From the IMG/VR virus record IMGVR_UViG_3300025881_000013: 20,000 nucleotides of DNA; one strand, given 5' to 3'. Shown here piece after piece: positions 17,135-20,000 of this stretch. A program made the translations under genes and the position numbers. The notes beneath the pieces were generated by a model. It had not been told where the DNA came from and searched no databases. It saw only the letters and a list, made by a program, of their open reading frames with translations. Numbering within the stretch: the stretch's first letter is position 1; every line of letters starts with the position of its first letter. The stretch comes from an uncultured virus (IMG/VR IMGVR_UViG_3300025881_000013) (taxonomy: Duplodnaviria; Heunggongvirae; Uroviricota; Caudoviricetes).

Positions 17135-17207
17135 TGCTTCCTGAGAGGATCGAACTCTCCTTAGGCAAATTATGAGTTTGCTGCATTCACCAGATTGCTA
17201 AGGAAGC
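17135..17207 (-). tRNA. tRNA with CAU anticodon (elongator Met or Ile2)
   Basis: GCTTCCT/AGGAAGC acceptor, GCAAA-CTCATAA-TTTGC anticodon arm, GAGAG-TTCGATC-CTCTC T-arm. Not an initiator: G1-C72 is paired and the three consecutive G-C pairs are absent. Confidence 0.93.
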
Positions 17208-17213
17208 AGATAG

Positions 17214-17280
17214 TGTAGATGACAGGGTTTGATACCTGCAATACTCTCCGAAGAGGCGTGTTTTCTTACATCACAACTAC
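17214..17280 (-). ncRNA. tRNA-like RNA lacking a canonical anticodon loop
   Basis: Acceptor GTAGTTG/CATCTAC plus A, D-like arm TGT-AAGAAA-ACA, short hairpin CTC-TTCG-GAG in place of the anticodon arm, T-like arm GCAGG-TATCAAAC-CCTGT. Confidence 0.7.
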
Positions 17281-17285
17281 ACTAA

Positions 17286-17357
17286 TAGGAATGCCGAGAA
17301 TTGAACTCGGATGACCCCGTTATAAGCAGGGCGCATTAACCATTATGCGACACTCCC
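17286..17357 (-). tRNA. trnI: tRNA-Ile(UAU)
   Basis: GGGAGTG/CATTCCT acceptor, GCAT-AATGGTTA-ATGC D-arm, CCCTG-CTTATAA-CGGGG anticodon arm, CCGAG-TTCAATT-CTCGG T-arm. Confidence 0.95.
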
Positions 17358-17367
17358 TGATGATGAA

Positions 17368-17541
17368 CTACTGAGCTTCGTTATTGTTCTCAGTGTGTAT
17401 TCGTATTAGTTCATCATCTGCAGGCATCATGACTGCTGCCTTACCATCTTCTCTTACAATACCTATGGTTTCACCGTTTTCGACTCTTTCTAAGAGTTCA
17501 TCAAAATTGTCTTCCCATTCTTTCAGGGTAAAAATCTCCAT
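17368..17541 (-). CDS. Phd/YefM antitoxin-like small protein (57 aa)
   Basis: Hand-translated MEIFTLKEWEDNFDELLERVENGETIGIVREDGKAAVMMPADDELIRIHTENNNEAQ*. Matches the Phd/YefM N-terminal pattern (T..E....F..LL..VE.GE.I.I.R.G...V..P). Its ATG directly follows the upstream TAA. Confidence 0.7.
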   Translation of the reverse strand: MEIFTLKEWEDNFDELLERVENGETIGIVREDGKAAVMMPADDELIRIHTENNNEAQ

Positions 17542-17730
17542 TTACACCTCCAGTGGTTCTGCATAAACCAAAGCATCTTTTGGACAAGTATTACGGATGA
17601 CCTCAAGAACATTCATGAACTGATCTACAGTATCACAAACAATTTCTTTGGTGTCTCCTTCACTGGAATAAATGTAGATTGTGCGTTTGGTAGGGTCTAC
17701 AACACAACGTGTGAGAAACTCGTCTTGCAT
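17542..17730 (-). CDS. Early hypothetical protein (62 aa)
   Basis: Start corrected to MQDEFLTRCVVDP at 17730 (GGCACC-ATG leader, as in the other cassettes); the ORF-track start lies inside the promoter. Confidence 0.8.
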   Translation of the reverse strand: MQDEFLTRCVVDPTKRTIYIYSSEGDTKEIVCDTVDQFMNVLEVIRNTCPKDALVYAEPLEV

Positions 17731-17805
17731 GGTGCCTTGGTTGCTTACCTTGTTATTATAAGGCATTTGAGTGCCGGTGTCAACTGTGCCAGTGATAGAA
17801 CTGGA
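17731..17805 (-). promoter_or_regulatory. Early promoter cassette 5 with perfect sigma70 consensus
   Basis: TTGACA (17778-17783), 17-nt spacer, TATAAT (17755-17760), AGGTAAGC leader; imperfect palindrome GCCAGTG-N4-AACTGGA at 17788-17805. Confidence 0.9.
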
Positions 17806-18693
17806 TTAATCAAATCCAGATTGGTTTTTAATAACAGATTGTACATTTGCCGTCTTATTTCTAGTGTCAGCATTACTATTTTCAGTATGTTCATAAGACC
17901 ATACAAATAACTCATTCTTAGATTGTTCTTCCTTCACGGTATTTGTGTCAGAAATTAATTGATTATTAATTTTTGATCTGAGGGATCCTATTTCTGCAGC
18001 CAAATCCTCAACTTGAGATAATTTATCACTACAATCATCATCACTACAACTCGCAAAAATATTGGCCAGTCCAGTTAATGACGTAAAACCTACTATTGGT
18101 AATCCTGTAGATGGATCTCCACTATCTTCAACATAGTTAATATCATATCCAGTCTCAAATCCTTTACCAATATTATTTTGAGTCATTGTTGATTTAGATT
18201 CACTTTCATATGGACTATCAGAACCAGAATCCAATCCCGGATATGATTTTATATAAGCATAATCTTGAACAAAAGTTGCACCAACACCAAGAGTGACTCC
18301 ATTTACCACAGTATCTAATGGGTCTACAAATGAACAACCACAACCAACAGCAGTTGCTTCTGTAATTATTTGAATTATTTGATTTTTCTTGGAATTTATT
18401 TCTGTTACAATATCAAATAATTTTTTGTCTGCATTGAAGCTGACTTCTTTCAATGAATCAACTTGCCCCTTGTAAAATGATAATTCATCTGCTCTAGCAT
18501 CAACATCTTTTTTTACTGGAGAGTTTTTTTCTACCTCACTTTTTTCATATTTCCCGGTTTTTGGATTGGCCTTAATTTCAACTTCATTATATGTTGCTGT
18601 AACACCTATTCCTTCAGATGCATCCTTACCATACTGATCACTAATATCTAGTGATAACTTAAGACTACCTAATGCCGCAGATGACTTTGACAT
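17806..18693 (-). CDS. Hypothetical late, probably virion-associated, coiled-coil protein
   Basis: 295 aa with two coiled-coil-like segments; CTAAATA late-like motif at 18724-18730. Confidence 0.75.
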   Translation of the reverse strand: MSKSSAALGSLKLSLDISDQYGKDASEGIGVTATYNEVEIKANPKTGKYEKSEVEKNSPVKKDVDARADELSFYKGQVDSLKEVSFNADKKLFDIVTEINSKKNQIIQIITEATAVGCGCSFVDPLDTVVNGVTLGVGATFVQDYAYIKSYPGLDSGSDSPYESESKSTMTQNNIGKGFETGYDINYVEDSGDPSTGLPIVGFTSLTGLANIFASCSDDDCSDKLSQVEDLAAEIGSLRSKINNQLISDTNTVKEEQSKNELFVWSYEHTENSNADTRNKTANVQSVIKNQSGFD

Positions 18694-18732
18694 AATTTAA
18701 TATAAATTAATTATAACTGATTTTATTTAGAT

Positions 18733-19470
18733 ATGAAGGTCGCATTTGTTCTTACTGGATATATGAGAGATTGGAAAAGACATCTTTCAAAAAACATTTC
18801 AAATATTATTGAAAAATATAATGCGGATGTATATATAAGTTCTTCCACATATTCTCAAGAACATTGGAGAACAGGATTTATTTCTATTGATGTAAATGAT
18901 GTAATCAAAGAATATAGTCCAAAAGCATATCTATTCAGAGATACTGAAACATGTCCACCAATGATTTTTAAAGAAGGTGGTAGAGAATCATTTGGTAGAG
19001 AATGGTCGGAAAGACAACTTAGAGGATGGTATGCAAATTATCTGGCACTTGATTTATTCGATTTTGATGATTATGATATTATTATCAAATCTAGACCTGA
19101 TCTCAGTGTCACTAATTTTAAAATAAATCCGAAGGTAAAACTTTGTATTCCTGCATGGAAAGTTCATCCAGGTCCATGTGAACCACATGAATCATATGCT
19201 GATTTCTTTGCATATGGGAATCCTACAAATATGAAAAAATATTTTTCATTATATTCTATGATGAAAAATATGAATCATAAAGGTATTGCAGACATTTCAG
19301 TTGGAGAAACTTTAATCTATGACTACATTGGAAAATATATTGGACATCAAAAAGTTATTTTAGATTATAAGATAGATTGGACTAGAAGAGGGGATCAAAG
19401 TGCTGCAGAACAAAGAAATTTTTATAAAAAAATTAGACCCGAATGGGCATTAGAGTTCCCTCCATTGTGA
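18733..19470 (+). CDS. Putative glycosyltransferase-like/sugar-modifying protein
   Basis: 245 aa; KVAFVLTGYMR N-terminus, YDIIIKSRPDL and DFFAYG motifs like those of virus-encoded nucleotide-sugar transferase-like proteins; only convincing plus-strand gene in the window. Confidence 0.6.
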   Translation: MKVAFVLTGYMRDWKRHLSKNISNIIEKYNADVYISSSTYSQEHWRTGFISIDVNDVIKEYSPKAYLFRDTETCPPMIFKEGGRESFGREWSERQLRGWYANYLALDLFDFDDYDIIIKSRPDLSVTNFKINPKVKLCIPAWKVHPGPCEPHESYADFFAYGNPTNMKKYFSLYSMMKNMNHKGIADISVGETLIYDYIGKYIGHQKVILDYKIDWTRRGDQSAAEQRNFYKKIRPEWALEFPPL

Positions 19471-20000
19471 CGGATGAGTGCAACCTTGATGATGTTTATA
19501 GCATTCTGGTTTTAATGTGACTCTAACATCACCAGCAATTGCAACTCTTTCTCTTTCTCTCACTTTTTTAATTGTGTGATGATATGTGTTTGATGGCATT
19601 ACAATTACAGATCCCTCAGTTGGAGTAATTGTGTAGTGATTACAATTATATCGATTATAACCCGTCATGATATTATGAACGTCTGCAGTATCAAAAAATC
19701 CCTGACAAACTTGATTCACATTTGTATCTGGTTGCTGACTGACAACAAATTTATCGGAGGTTTCATCTGTTTTTAGATAATAGACAAAACTAATATTTGC
19801 TTCATTGTGGTTATGTGGTCGAAGTGGTGGTGTCGAATCATCTTTATGATAAACGACCCATGACTTTACGACATGATAATTTAATTTCTGATAGTCAATA
19901 TTGAGAGCATCAAAATACTCATCAAAAATTGTTCTTAAATTTTTAAATAACTCTGAACAATTTTCATTGAGGTGTAAAAAAATTCTAGATGATGCTTCTG
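19450..20000 (-). CDS. 2OG-Fe(II) oxygenase superfamily protein (5'-partial)
   Basis: Frame is open from the window end. KSWVV...RPHNH...ISFVYYL, then PTEGSVIVMPSNTYHH and RVAIAGD give the HxH...H...R double-stranded beta-helix signature common in cyanomyoviruses. Confidence 0.85.
   Translation of the reverse strand, partial: EASSRIFLHLNENCSELFKNLRTIFDEYFDALNIDYQKLNYHVVKSWVVYHKDDSTPPLRPHNHNEANISFVYYLKTDETSDKFVVSQQPDTNVNQVCQGFFDTADVHNIMTGYNRYNCNHYTITPTEGSVIVMPSNTYHHTIKKVRERERVAIAGDVRVTLKPECYKHHQGCTHPSQWREL

Overview
This window is from a T4-like cyanomyovirus (Kyanoviridae-type) genome, almost entirely minus-strand coding. Bases 1-8.8 kb are a dense accessory region of small ORFs, including the Calvin-cycle inhibitor CP12, an NblA-like domain, a glutaredoxin-like protein, an SF2 DEAH helicase and an Hjc-like PD-(D/E)XK nuclease. 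A repeated early-promoter cassette (18-bp palindrome, TATAAT, conserved leader) punctuates this region. Bases 8.9-16.4 kb encode two large late tail-fibre/virion proteins, one with a C-terminal S74 chaperone. Bases 16.75-17.8 kb look like one self-contained early operon: a perfect sigma70 promoter, a 62-aa ORF, a 57-aa Phd/YefM antitoxin-like ORF missed by the ORF track, tRNA-Ile(UAU), a tRNA-shaped RNA with no normal anticodon loop (UUCG-type hairpin instead), tRNA(CAU), a manA-like structured RNA, tRNA-Leu(UAA), another stem-loop RNA and a terminator. This operon is the best candidate for an undescribed system. The window ends with a late structural-type gene, a glycosyltransferase-like gene and a partial 2OG-Fe(II) oxygenase. 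All family calls are from motif recognition by eye, not database searches.
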